Sequence record: DRR378314_1618
Length of the DNA stretch: 39,844 bases
Direction: 5' to 3' (one strand)
Positions 26,918-36,223 of the stretch are shown piece after piece (position 1 is the first letter of the stretch; every line of letters starts with the position of its first letter). Under the pieces are notes generated by a model that worked only from the letters and a program-made list of their open reading frames with translations, made no database searches and had not been told where the DNA came from. A program made the translations under genes and the position numbers.

Positions 26918-27619
26918 TCACACCTCACTCCAGCGTTCCGCACCCAACCAGCGACTCAAGGCTGTGGCGCCTTTCGCAGTCACTTTTAATTCGCGACGTG
27001 CCTCACGACGTCGCAGATAGTCGTTATCGAGCAGGTGATTGCAAATTTGCTGTCCCAAAGGGCCGGCTATGTGAAACCGGCGCTCGCTCCAGTCGAGACA
27101 TGGTCGACACAAAGGCACGGAGTTAACAGATTGGCGCTGGCCGAACGACAAACCAATGGGCGCCAATGCCGCCTGCAGCCGGTCTGTTAGAGCGCCCCCA
27201 TCAGGTTCGAGCACAATGGCTTGCTCTGCCACCAAATAGTCTGCAACGGCAACACCCAGGCGACCACCAAGATGGTCGTAACACATCCTTGCCCGCCTCA
27301 TGCCGGGATCGCGTGGGCCGGTATCGACCCTGGGCGGCTTCCGGCCCAACGCGGCGACCTGCATGATACCCTCCAGCATTGTCGCTACCTCTCTTGACGC
27401 CAGGCGATGGTAGCGATGCCGCCCCTGTTTCAGCAACACCAACAACTCCGCCTCAATCAGAAGCGACAGATGACCGCTGGCGGTCTGGGGAGAAACCCCT
27501 CCAATTCTCGCCAACTCATGCGCGGTATACGCACGGCCGTCCATCAGCGCCAGCAACATGGTAGCGCGCGCTGGGACTCCCACTAGTGATGCTATGCGAG
27601 CGATTTCGTTTGTGTTCAC
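26918..27619 (-). CDS. ArsR/SmtB family regulator with C-terminal Cys-containing domain
   Basis: PARATMLLALMDGR, QTASGHL, QGRHRYHRLA, ARMCYDHLGG, CRPCLDWSERRFHIAG; GTGA overlap with the upstream gene. Confidence 0.9.
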   Translation of the reverse strand: MNTNEIARIASLVGVPARATMLLALMDGRAYTAHELARIGGVSPQTASGHLSLLIEAELLVLLKQGRHRYHRLASREVATMLEGIMQVAALGRKPPRVDTGPRDPGMRRARMCYDHLGGRLGVAVADYLVAEQAIVLEPDGGALTDRLQAALAPIGLSFGQRQSVNSVPLCRPCLDWSERRFHIAGPLGQQICNHLLDNDYLRRREARRELKVTAKGATALSRWLGAERWSEV

Positions 27620-27963
27620 GGGTTATGATGAGCCTTTGAATCGTTAGGCGCTGCTGATCGATCAGAAAGCCCATAATCCCGCACAACTTCCGCCACTCTC
27701 AACCGATAGTCGGAAAAGATCTCACTCCGCCCTTTTGCCTGGGCGTGACGATGGGCTTCCATGTTCCGCCATTGCGCAATGGCGGCTTCATCCCGCCAGA
27801 GTGACAGGGACAGTATCCGGCCAGGGTGCGTGAGGCTCTCGAAACGCTCAATGGATATGAAGCCGTCTATTTGTTCTAACAGCGGCGCCAACGCGGCTGC
27901 TTCATCGAGATATTCGGCGGTTTTACCCGGGCGTGGTTCCAACTCAAATATCACTGCCAACAT
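27616..27963 (-). CDS. Antibiotic biosynthesis monooxygenase (ABM) family protein
   Basis: MLAVIFE, IDGFISIERFESL, HRHAQAKGR, DYRLRVAEVVRDYG; ATG at 27963 with GGAGG RBS. Confidence 0.9.
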   Translation of the reverse strand: MLAVIFELEPRPGKTAEYLDEAAALAPLLEQIDGFISIERFESLTHPGRILSLSLWRDEAAIAQWRNMEAHRHAQAKGRSEIFSDYRLRVAEVVRDYGLSDRSAAPNDSKAHHNP

Positions 27964-27964
27964 T

Positions 27965-28324
27965 TTAGATCTCCTCCACAGAGTCAGAGCAACGACGTGT
28001 TGAAGGTACATTCAGGGTGCCTTCGGCGGCTTCCACAAAGCTGCGCTCCTCCCGCAGTATAAAGCGCTGGGATTCAGCGAGCGCAAAGTTCCTTTTTCCG
28101 GCCTCATCCGCCTTCAGGCGACACCGATACGATTCGTAGCTTGCAAGAGAATCGAACCCGATAAGGCCCCAGGCGATGTCATTGGTTCCTTCCGAGGGCA
28201 GGAAGTAGCCGATCAAGTCACCGCCGCAACGCGGAATGATGTCACCCCAGTTTTTGGCGTAAACTTTAAACTGCTCTTTCTGGAACGGGTCTACCTGATA
28301 GCGAATGACGCAAACGATGGGCAT
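27965..28324 (-). CDS. NIPSNAP family protein
   Basis: [56 protein letters not shown]. Confidence 0.9.
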   Translation of the reverse strand: MPIVCVIRYQVDPFQKEQFKVYAKNWGDIIPRCGGDLIGYFLPSEGTNDIAWGLIGFDSLASYESYRCRLKADEAGKRNFALAESQRFILREERSFVEAAEGTLNVPSTRRCSDSVEEI

Positions 28325-28381
28325 TGAGAGCCTCCTGAACCGTTGGTTTAGGTGCCTATTGTGCAACTTAATTCAGTGCGA

Positions 28382-28405
28382 ATGCTTCGCTGTGGACCGA
28401 AGTGA
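28382..28405. promoter_or_regulatory. Probable ArsR-type operator (CTTCG-N8-CGAAG)
   Basis: Inverted repeat in the NIPSNAP/methyltransferase divergent region. Confidence 0.4.
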
Positions 28406-28453
28406 ATCCGGGACAGATTTTACCGAAAGCCTGCTTACAGGAGCGTTTGCACG

Positions 28454-29068
28454 ATGAAGGCCTCAAAGGAATTCTGGGACAAGAGCGCAGCCCGATATGC
28501 GAAGAGCCCGGTCCGTGACGAAGAAACCTACCGGAAGAAACTGGTCATCACCCAGGAGTATTTCCGGCCAGACTGGTCGGTACTGGAATTCGGCTGCGGT
28601 ACCGGCAGCACCGCCCTGATTCATGCACCCTACGTGAAGGAAATTCTTGCCACCGACCTATCCGGCAAAATGCTGGATATCGCCACCCAGAAAGCCCGCG
28701 ATGCCGGTGTCGAGAATGTGCACTTTCAGCAGGGCACCCTGGAAAGCCTGGCTCTGGAGCTGGAAAGCTTTGATGCCGTGCTGGGGCTGAATATTCTGCA
28801 TCTGCTGGACGACCCGGTAGCGGCCATTTCCCGGGTTTACGACGCGCTGAAGCCCGGAGGCATTTTTGTTTCCAGTACCGCGCTGGTGGGCGAACTGATG
28901 ATACTCTGGCGACTGCTGATTCCAGCCATGCAAGCGGTGGGGCTAGCGCCCTTTGTGAATCGCTTTTCCCGGCAGGCGTTGGTGTCGATGTTGGTCAATG
29001 CCGGATTCAGTATCGAGCACGAATGGCAGCCGGATAAATCGTCGGTATTTGTGGTTGCGCGGAAGTGA
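28454..29068 (+). CDS. Class I SAM-dependent methyltransferase
   Basis: FWDKSAARYAK, VLEFGCGTG, FDAVL, LKPGGIFVS. Confidence 0.92.
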   Translation: MKASKEFWDKSAARYAKSPVRDEETYRKKLVITQEYFRPDWSVLEFGCGTGSTALIHAPYVKEILATDLSGKMLDIATQKARDAGVENVHFQQGTLESLALELESFDAVLGLNILHLLDDPVAAISRVYDALKPGGIFVSSTALVGELMILWRLLIPAMQAVGLAPFVNRFSRQALVSMLVNAGFSIEHEWQPDKSSVFVVARK

Positions 29069-29086
29069 GCATCCGCGCGGACACTC

Positions 29087-30448
29087 TCAGGCCGGCGCCC
29101 CATGCTCAACGCCACTAATCTGCTCCCACTGTTTCGCCAACGCAAGCATGCGGTAGTCGCTGTACCTCGGGCCAGCAAAGCTGATACTGAATGGCAAGCC
29201 GTCAGACCGCATTCTCCCGGGCACCGAAACCACTGACAGGTCAAGTAGATTGCCAAAATTGGTGTAGTACGCCATGTTTCGGTTAAGCACCAAGGGGTTG
29301 GCTTTCACGTCGTCGCACCGGTAAAGCGTACCAGCCGTTGGCATCAGCAAGCAGTCAAAGGGTGCCAACCGCTGATGGACCTCAGCTTTGAGCTGATTCA
29401 ACCGGGCTAGATCCGACCATATCTGGTGAGGGGTTACCGTTTCGCCTTTCAGAATACTGTCTGCGACCACTCCATTCACAGTGTCCGGGTTCTCTTTGAT
29501 GAATTCGCCCACCGAATCAAACCGTTCACTGATGAAAGCCCCATCGAACAGCATGGCTCCCGCCTCTGTAAACGGGCTGAAATCTATCGGCCGGATACGG
29601 GCGCCCTGGTCTTCAAGTCGCTTCAGCAGGCTCTTGAAGCAGGCCTCGGCCTCTTCATCCTCAAAGAATTTTAAACTGGCAGCGTCAGGAATTGCGATCA
29701 ATGTGTTTCTCAAATCGGGCGCCAGGCCGCCCAACAGGCATTCGGCTTCGTTGTGCGCCATGAGTTTGCGAAACACATAGTCTGCCTCAGTCGCGGTGCG
29801 GGCGAAGACGGGTATGCAGTCGATGCTTTTGTTGGCGTAAACCATGCCCTCACTACTGAGGAGGTGCGGCGTCGGTTTGAAGCCAACAATATTGCACATG
29901 GCGGCGGGCAGGCGCCCGGAACCACCGGTATCGCTGCCCAGTGAGAAGGTCACGCAGCCATTGGAAACTACCACGCCGGACCCGGAACTGGATCCGCCCG
30001 GAATATAATCCGGATTAAAGGGGCTGACCGGGTGAGGGTCGCTGCGCACCCCCACCACACCAGTGGCGAATTCATCCATGGTGTTTTTACCGACCAGCAT
30101 CGCGCCCAGATCCAGCAGATGCTGAACCACCGGCGAGGTGGTTGTGGATAGACTCTTGTAATCCGGGCAGCCTGCGCACAGCGGCAGCCCTTCAACGTGG
30201 ATATTGTCCTTTACGGCAAACGGAATTCCGTAAAGCGGCAGGTTGGGATCCAGGCTTGCCAGGTGATCGGCGCGGGCCAGCAACTCCGCCTCCGGCACCT
30301 GACAAATCCATTCAGCACGCGAGCTTCTTTCGCTGATTCGGCGCAGCACCTCCTCAGCAACCTGCCTGGGGACAAATCGCCCCTCTCGGTAGCCTTCCTG
30401 TAGGTGAAACAGGTCCAGGCCCTGGTATGACGTTAAAGAAGCTCGCAT
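29087..30448 (-). CDS. Amidase-signature enzyme related to the allophanate hydrolase (AtzF) N-domain
   Basis: LPLYGIPFAVKDNI, GKNTMDEFATG, GGSSSGS, GSDTGGSGRLPAA, YYTNFGNLLDL; 453 aa, no AtzF C-domain. Confidence 0.85.
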   Translation of the reverse strand: MRASLTSYQGLDLFHLQEGYREGRFVPRQVAEEVLRRISERSSRAEWICQVPEAELLARADHLASLDPNLPLYGIPFAVKDNIHVEGLPLCAGCPDYKSLSTTTSPVVQHLLDLGAMLVGKNTMDEFATGVVGVRSDPHPVSPFNPDYIPGGSSSGSGVVVSNGCVTFSLGSDTGGSGRLPAAMCNIVGFKPTPHLLSSEGMVYANKSIDCIPVFARTATEADYVFRKLMAHNEAECLLGGLAPDLRNTLIAIPDAASLKFFEDEEAEACFKSLLKRLEDQGARIRPIDFSPFTEAGAMLFDGAFISERFDSVGEFIKENPDTVNGVVADSILKGETVTPHQIWSDLARLNQLKAEVHQRLAPFDCLLMPTAGTLYRCDDVKANPLVLNRNMAYYTNFGNLLDLSVVSVPGRMRSDGLPFSISFAGPRYSDYRMLALAKQWEQISGVEHGAPA

Positions 30449-30492
30449 GTCTGAATAATCCCTTCGGTTATGGGTGAATGGCGCTTAGCCGG

Positions 30493-31500
30493 TTATTCAA
30501 CAACGGTTTCCAGGTACTCAGGCACCAGGAAGTTTTCGAAGGTTTCCCTCGAAGGCACCATTGGCAATCGCTTCTGTTCGTGGAGGAAGGTGGAGGTGGA
30601 AATCAAGGTATCCACGAACTGGCCGCGTTTTTCGCTGTCGCCGATGTATTCCGCCGTCAGTTGCTCATCGCAAGGAACCATTTTGGTGCCCTTCATCATG
30701 CGTTCAGCATCTCGGAGCTCCAGTTGAAGCTCTTTGGCGATGATCTCCGCCGTCTCCGCCGGATTATTCAGCCAGAATTCGATGCCTTTGCATTCGGCGC
30801 GGACAAACTTCTCGACGTAGTCCGGATACTTCTCAGCAAATTCGTTCATCACCACACCGACGTCCCAGGTGGGATAGCCACGCTCCGCCATGATGCCGGA
30901 GGTCATGAACAGGTTCGCATCGCCTTCCAGAACCCGTCCAAGAGCTGGTTCCCAGAACCATGCCGCGTCGATATCACCACGAAACCAGGCCTGAGCGATG
31001 TCGTTGGGCCGGAGGTCGATGATCTTCATTGAGGCAGGATCGATACCTTCGTCATTCAGCGCGTTTAACAGCAGGTAATGGGTGGTGGAGCCGAAAGGCG
31101 CGGCAATGGTTTTGCCCTTGAGATCGTCCAGGCTCTTGATATCCGCTGAAGTGCGAACGGCCATGGCCTCAACATAGTCGAGCATGTTCAGCACCATGAT
31201 TCCCTGAATGGGTAATCCCCGGGTGACTCCGATTGCCGTGGGTGGGTTACCCAGACCACCAAAGTCCACCTGATCCGCCGCAATGGCACGCAACATATCT
31301 CCGCCACCACCGACGTTGATGTAGTTAATCTCTACGCCGGGCATTTCCTCCTGCACCAGGCCCAGTGACTTGGTCACCAATTGGGCGTTGACCAGATTCA
31401 AGTAACCAATGGTTACCTCTTCCGGCGCGCCTGCCTGGGCCTGAGCGGCCCCGATACTGAGGCCAAAGGCTGTTACGGCTGAGAGTACAAAAGTCTTCAT
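30493..31500 (-). CDS. ABC transporter substrate-binding protein, TauA/NMT1-like
   Basis: Signal peptide; VTIGY, DLKGKTIAAPFGSTTHYLL, RGDIDAAWFWEP, GYPTWD. Confidence 0.88.
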   Translation of the reverse strand: MKTFVLSAVTAFGLSIGAAQAQAGAPEEVTIGYLNLVNAQLVTKSLGLVQEEMPGVEINYINVGGGGDMLRAIAADQVDFGGLGNPPTAIGVTRGLPIQGIMVLNMLDYVEAMAVRTSADIKSLDDLKGKTIAAPFGSTTHYLLLNALNDEGIDPASMKIIDLRPNDIAQAWFRGDIDAAWFWEPALGRVLEGDANLFMTSGIMAERGYPTWDVGVVMNEFAEKYPDYVEKFVRAECKGIEFWLNNPAETAEIIAKELQLELRDAERMMKGTKMVPCDEQLTAEYIGDSEKRGQFVDTLISTSTFLHEQKRLPMVPSRETFENFLVPEYLETVVE

Positions 31501-31531
31501 GTCGTTCTCCTTACGGGTTTTTGATGGTCAC

Positions 31532-32407
31532 TCAATGGGTTTTGAGCTTGGTCCAGGGCATGATGATCCGGCCTGTGAGCTTGAGAATCAGGTCCAGTGC
31601 CATACCGGTGATTCCCAGAACAATCAGGCCCATGATGACGATGTCGCCCAACAGGAACTTGGCGGCATCCCAGATCATCCAGCCAATACCCGCCGTGGCT
31701 GCGACAATCTCAGCTGCAACCAGAACGGTGTATATGAATCCGAGTGAGATCCGCATCCCGGTGAGGATGGTGGGGCCGGAGCCGGGCAGATAGACTTCCC
31801 GGATGAGGTCCCAGCGGCTGGCGCCCACCGAGCGCGCCGCGCGGATGTAATTCGGGTTGATATCCGACACCGCCGAAATGGTGGCGATGATGATGCCGGG
31901 CAGGCCGGACAGAAAAAGCAGGGCCAGCTTCGATGATTCACCAATGCCCAGCCACATCACCAGCAGGGTGTAGAGCCCCAGCGGCGGCAACGGTCGGTAG
32001 AATTCGATGATCGGGTTGAACACCCGGTGAGCCGATCGGGAGGTTCCCATCATCACACCCAACGGAATACCGACCAGGCAGGCCGCGGCAAAGGCGGTCA
32101 GGATGCGGTAGAGGCTGGTGGCAATGTGCTCTAGCAAGGTTGACCCCTGATAGCCCACAGTCGCCACTTCGACGAACGACTGCCAGACACTGACCGGTGA
32201 TGGCAGGAACAGGGGGTTGGCCCAGCCCATAGCGGTTACCAGGAACCAGGTACTGATTACCACCACAACCGTCAGGAAGGACAGGTATTTACCGTTTTCA
32301 ATGTTCTTGCGAATCAGCGGAGGCATTCGCATCTGCCGCTGGGGTATCCCGTCGTCAAAGGAAATTGCCCGCGGGGTGACTTCGTTATGAATACCCATGG
32401 TGTTCAC
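31532..32407 (-). CDS. ABC transporter permease, TauC/SsuC-like
   Basis: FLPSP, EFYRPLPPL, WLGIGESSK, AARSVGAS, LVAAEIVAATAGIG; start uncertain (GTG 32407 or ATG 32398). Confidence 0.9.
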   Translation of the reverse strand: MNTMGIHNEVTPRAISFDDGIPQRQMRMPPLIRKNIENGKYLSFLTVVVVISTWFLVTAMGWANPLFLPSPVSVWQSFVEVATVGYQGSTLLEHIATSLYRILTAFAAACLVGIPLGVMMGTSRSAHRVFNPIIEFYRPLPPLGLYTLLVMWLGIGESSKLALLFLSGLPGIIIATISAVSDINPNYIRAARSVGASRWDLIREVYLPGSGPTILTGMRISLGFIYTVLVAAEIVAATAGIGWMIWDAAKFLLGDIVIMGLIVLGITGMALDLILKLTGRIIMPWTKLKTH

Positions 32408-33691
32408 CTACTCTGCAACGCCGAGAATGTTGGGGATGGCCAGCGCCAGTACCTTCATGGCGGCCACCGATTTGGTAATCGAAATGCTTTCGTTCACCGG
32501 AGACCAACCGTCCTCGCCAGGCCCGAAGGTCACCGCGTTCATGCCCGCCTCGCGAAAACGGATGGTGTCGTTGAAAGCGTTCTTGCGATTGGGGATCGGG
32601 GCATCACCGAGAACCTCGCGATAGGCCGCAGAAAGGGAGGCGTTTGGCTCTTCCTGCATCGGCACGGGCTCCGTTCCGCTCACGAACAACGAGCCAGGTA
32701 ACTGGGCCACCTCAAACTCAGTGCTCTCATGGCCGGTAAGGGCCTCGGCAACGGTTGCGGAAATATCCTCCACCACGGATTCAATGGTCATTCCTGGAAG
32801 AATGCCGACCACGGCCAGCGTCAATTCGCAGGAATCGGGAGTGAACTGCATTTCGCCGGGAAGACCGCCCGCCATCCTGACTACGCAGGCACAGGGCGGT
32901 GTATGACCCGGAAACTCCGAGGGCGTATGGCGGAAGGCCATCTTGTTGATCACGGGTACCAGCTCTGACGCTTCGCTGATGGCATTCACGCCGGTGTCTG
33001 GCCGCCAGATGTGAGATTTGATTCCCCGCACCACCAGCCGAACCAGACAATGCCCGGAGTTGGCGACCGACAGGTTCATGCCCCAGTCGTCTGAGCCTTT
33101 GCCCCACGCGGTTGGCTCGATGGTTATGGAATGGTCCGCCTTGATGCCGATGGTTTTGGTGAGATAGATGGAGCCGTGTACCCCGTCTTTTTCCTCGTCC
33201 ACCGTGTAACAGCAGATCAGGTCGCCCTTAAACTTCACGCCGCTTTCCAGCACGGCTTTAACCGCCAGCAACGAGGCCGCCAGATTGGCCCGGGTATCCG
33301 AAGTCCCCCGGCCGTATATCCAGTCGCCATGGCGGGTGGCCTTGAAGGGATTACCGTCACATTTGTCCCAGCGATCGGGCTCAACCGCCGGGTAGGTATC
33401 CAGATGGTCGTTGATCATCAGTGATGGACCACCACCCTCCCCCTTCAGCACGCCAACGATGTTCGGGCGCTTGGGCTGTGAGTAGTATTTGCGCACCTCG
33501 AAGCCCATGGCTTCGAGTTTGCCCGCCACAAACAGGGCGTAGGCTTCTTCCTCACCGGCCGGGATGTCGGGGTCCAGCGGATTGGTGGAATTGGGCTGGC
33601 CAATCGCAACCATCTCGGTGGTCAGTTCGATCCATTCCTGCTCGTCAATCCGGTTGATCAGGTCGGTTTTCAGGGTCTCGTTCAGGGTCAT
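32408..33691 (-). CDS. M20 family (ArgE/DapE-like) metallo-amidohydrolase
   Basis: RPNIVG, NDHLDTYP, YGRGTSD, VDEE, IEPT, GIKSH; C-terminal GWSPVNESI. Confidence 0.85.
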   Translation of the reverse strand: MTLNETLKTDLINRIDEQEWIELTTEMVAIGQPNSTNPLDPDIPAGEEEAYALFVAGKLEAMGFEVRKYYSQPKRPNIVGVLKGEGGGPSLMINDHLDTYPAVEPDRWDKCDGNPFKATRHGDWIYGRGTSDTRANLAASLLAVKAVLESGVKFKGDLICCYTVDEEKDGVHGSIYLTKTIGIKADHSITIEPTAWGKGSDDWGMNLSVANSGHCLVRLVVRGIKSHIWRPDTGVNAISEASELVPVINKMAFRHTPSEFPGHTPPCACVVRMAGGLPGEMQFTPDSCELTLAVVGILPGMTIESVVEDISATVAEALTGHESTEFEVAQLPGSLFVSGTEPVPMQEEPNASLSAAYREVLGDAPIPNRKNAFNDTIRFREAGMNAVTFGPGEDGWSPVNESISITKSVAAMKVLALAIPNILGVAE

Positions 33692-33708
33692 GCTTCATCC
33701 TCACAATG

Positions 33709-34470
33709 TCAGATAGGGGTGTTCACAATTTTCAGACCCAGGACTATCAGCGTTGAAAGCATCAACAGGGTCGTCATCACGTCAAAAAGGAGATCCGGCA
33801 GCCGGCGAGATACCAGTTGGCCAATCAACACGCCCGCCAACGTGGGTATCAGGTAGAGCTTCACGCCGTTCATAACGGTGTCCGAAAGACCACTGAGTGC
33901 CACGGATATAATCAACATCCCGCTGTAAGAGCCCACCATCAGTGCAAAAACTGTCGCCCTCACCCGCGCTGGATCTATGCCCCTGCTCCTCAGAAACACC
34001 AGTGCCAACGGACCAGGCATGGCGAGGGTTGCGCTCATCACTCCGGACGCCATGCCGTAGACGAGACTCGCGCGGTCCCTGGCTGGAGTCTCTGGGGCGA
34101 CCTCCTCCGGGCCGGCACGCTTTGCCTGGGCGCAGACATATCTGACAAAGCAATAACCCAGCGCAATGAGAGCAGCGATTCGTATCGAATTCATGGAGGC
34201 CAATAGCAACAATCCGCTGCCAATCACCAAGCCCACGAGCGTCCCCGCTGCCAGCTGGCTGAGCTCTCGAAACATGACTCGTCGCCGCAAAAAGGGCGCG
34301 ATGGTTGCCACGATGACTAGCGTCAGCACTCCAGTAATCTGTATCGCGTCCACCGGCTGGTAAAAGGCCAGCAGCATGGGCGCGACAATCAGACCAAACC
34401 CCAGCCCCGTGGTGATCTGCACTACAGCCCCCAGAAAGCAGACAACCAGAATTAGCGATTCCATCGACAT
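33709..34470 (-). CDS. TauE/SafE (sulfite/sulfonate exporter-type) membrane protein
   Basis: GAVVQITTGLGFGLIVAP, GMASGVMSATLAMPGP, RVRATV; ~8 hydrophobic segments. Confidence 0.82.
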   Translation of the reverse strand: MSMESLILVVCFLGAVVQITTGLGFGLIVAPMLLAFYQPVDAIQITGVLTLVIVATIAPFLRRRVMFRELSQLAAGTLVGLVIGSGLLLLASMNSIRIAALIALGYCFVRYVCAQAKRAGPEEVAPETPARDRASLVYGMASGVMSATLAMPGPLALVFLRSRGIDPARVRATVFALMVGSYSGMLIISVALSGLSDTVMNGVKLYLIPTLAGVLIGQLVSRRLPDLLFDVMTTLLMLSTLIVLGLKIVNTPI

Positions 34471-34478
34471 AACTGGCC

Positions 34479-35294
34479 TTAAAAGGTGCGCAGGCTTTCA
34501 GCACGAATAATCTCCATGCAGTCCCGTTTGATGGCCAAAAACTCAGCTTCGGATGAGATCATCTGGGTTCTCGGTCGGGGTAGCGGGTTGGCGATGTCTT
34601 TCACGATCCGTCCTGGCGACGCACTCATCACCAGAATGCGGTCAGAGAGAAATATGGCCTCGTCCACGTCATGGGTGACGAACACCACCGTGGTGCCAAA
34701 CTCTTCCCAAAGGTTCAGCAGGTTTTCCTGCATCATCAGGCGGGTCTGGTAATCGAGAGCGGCAAAAGGCTCGTCCATCAGCAAGACCCTGGGAAAGGTC
34801 GCTAAGGCGCGCGCAATGCCCACACGCTGCTGCATGCCGCCGGAGAGTTGATCGGGATAGTGGTGCTCATACTTCTTCAGACCAACCATCTCGATAAAGT
34901 GGTTAACGGTGCTGTTCGCCTCCACGTCCCGGATCAGCTTCGGGCCCAAGCCGATATTGGCTCTCACGGTTTTCCAGGGCAGCAGTGAGTGCTGCTGGAA
35001 CACCATGCTGCGATCCGCTCCTGGCTGCTCGATAACATTGCCATCCAGCAACGCTTCACCGCCGGTAGGTTTTACAAAACCGGCAATCACATTTAGCAAG
35101 GTGGACTTGCCACATCCGGACGGCCCCAGAACGCAGACGAATTCACCGGGGTTAATCGTCAGACTGGTGCTGGACAGTGCCACCGTTTGACCGGCATCCG
35201 AGTTGTAGATAACTTCCAGATCGTCTGTCCGAAGCTCACCCCTGTCAGTGGCTGTCCGGGGCTTGGCTTTCTCGTTTTGCATCGCTGTGTTCAT
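34479..35294 (-). CDS. ABC transporter ATP-binding protein, TauB/SsuB/NitT-like
   Basis: GPSGCGKST, MVFQQHSLLPW, LSGGMQQR, LMDEPFAALD, THDVDEA, SPGRI, LPRPR; start uncertain (35303, 35294 or 35282). Confidence 0.92.
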   Translation of the reverse strand: MNTAMQNEKAKPRTATDRGELRTDDLEVIYNSDAGQTVALSSTSLTINPGEFVCVLGPSGCGKSTLLNVIAGFVKPTGGEALLDGNVIEQPGADRSMVFQQHSLLPWKTVRANIGLGPKLIRDVEANSTVNHFIEMVGLKKYEHHYPDQLSGGMQQRVGIARALATFPRVLLMDEPFAALDYQTRLMMQENLLNLWEEFGTTVVFVTHDVDEAIFLSDRILVMSASPGRIVKDIANPLPRPRTQMISSEAEFLAIKRDCMEIIRAESLRTF

Positions 35295-35315
35295 AATCAA
35301 CAACCTGTTACTGGA

Positions 35316-36068
35316 TTAACCCAGGTGAGCCCGGTCGATTTCCATACCGAAACGGAACCGGTCACCGCGATAAAAGAGGTTTTCATAGAGCAGAGGCTCG
35401 CCAGAGCCATCCAGAATTGTTCGCTCGATGTGCAGTGCGGCGCTGCCCGGCTCCATGGTCAGAAAGCTGGCAAGCTCTCCGTCACAGATCATGGATTCGA
35501 GATTGACCCGGGCTGACGCGATGGCGATCCCACAGTCGTTTTCAATCACATCGAACAGATCCCGCTGTTCGAGGTCGGCATTGTTAAAACCGTCACTGAC
35601 GTGGGTGGGCGCATAGGTGATATCGAAGGCAAGGGGTTCGCGGTTCAGGTATCGCAGCCTCTGAATCCGCGTAACACGAGCCCCAATGGGGAGCCCGAGG
35701 CAACTCGCCACGTTATCCTTGGGTGTTTCTGTGGTGATCGAGATCAACTTGGAAAACGCTTCCTGGCCAATGCTGGCAGCGCTTTCGCCAAAGCCTTTCA
35801 ACGTCGACACATCAAACTGGGCTTTGGGCATGGACACAAACGTGCCCTTGCCATTGATCTTGAATATCAGGCCGTCCCGCTGAAGTTGACTGAGCGCCTG
35901 ACGGATGGTGATGCGGCTGACCGAAAACGCCTCGATCATCTGTCTTTCACTCGGCAGTTTCTGGTGAGGCGCATAGGTACCGTCCAGAATTTTCCGCCGG
36001 ATGCTCTCTTTGACCTGCTGGAAAAGAGGCATCGGTAGCACACTTACATCGCTGAATTGGTTTTCCAT
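35316..36068 (-). CDS. GntR/HutC-subfamily (UTRA) regulator
   Basis: PLFQQVKE, KLPSERQM, VSRITIRQAL, GKGTFV; UTRA domain ending FYRGDRF. Confidence 0.92.
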   Translation of the reverse strand: MENQFSDVSVLPMPLFQQVKESIRRKILDGTYAPHQKLPSERQMIEAFSVSRITIRQALSQLQRDGLIFKINGKGTFVSMPKAQFDVSTLKGFGESAASIGQEAFSKLISITTETPKDNVASCLGLPIGARVTRIQRLRYLNREPLAFDITYAPTHVSDGFNNADLEQRDLFDVIENDCGIAIASARVNLESMICDGELASFLTMEPGSAALHIERTILDGSGEPLLYENLFYRGDRFRFGMEIDRAHLG

Positions 36069-36087
36069 ACCCGTCTCGTCACAACCT

Positions 36088-36095
36088 GTTATAAC
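36088..36095. promoter_or_regulatory. HutC-type operator core GTTATAAC
   Basis: Palindromic GT-N-TA-N-AC just downstream of the sigma54 promoter. Confidence 0.55.
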
Positions 36096-36111
36096 CAGTT
36101 ACATTAGGTTT

Positions 36112-36127
36112 TGCATAGGCTGTGCCA
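36112..36127 (-). promoter_or_regulatory. Sigma54 (-24/-12) promoter
   Basis: - strand TGGCACAGCCTATGCA, i.e. GG-N10-GC with TGGCAC. Confidence 0.82.
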
Positions 36128-36146
36128 GACCTGAAAATATATTATT

Positions 36147-36159
36147 TTTCAGTTATTTA
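36147..36159. promoter_or_regulatory. IHF-like binding site in an AT-rich tract
   Basis: TTTCAGTTATTTA versus WATCARNNNNTTR (one mismatch), between the promoter and the enhancer. Confidence 0.5.
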
Positions 36160-36223
36160 ATAAGATTCCGCAAAGAAAATGATGGTGGGAAACTGCGCTG
36201 CTGTGACACACAAAAGTGAGGTA

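Noticed and set aside
32408-33691. M20 enzyme as the missing allantoate amidohydrolase (AllC)
   Set aside because: Its motifs are ArgE/DapE-type (GRGxxD) rather than AllC/Zn-carbamoylase type (GSHxD...GGxxDG), and it lies in a separately regulated operon
30493-35294. Calling the ABC transporter tauABC for taurine
   Set aside because: Only family-level similarity; no taurine-degrading enzyme is in the operon, so the substrate is left unassigned
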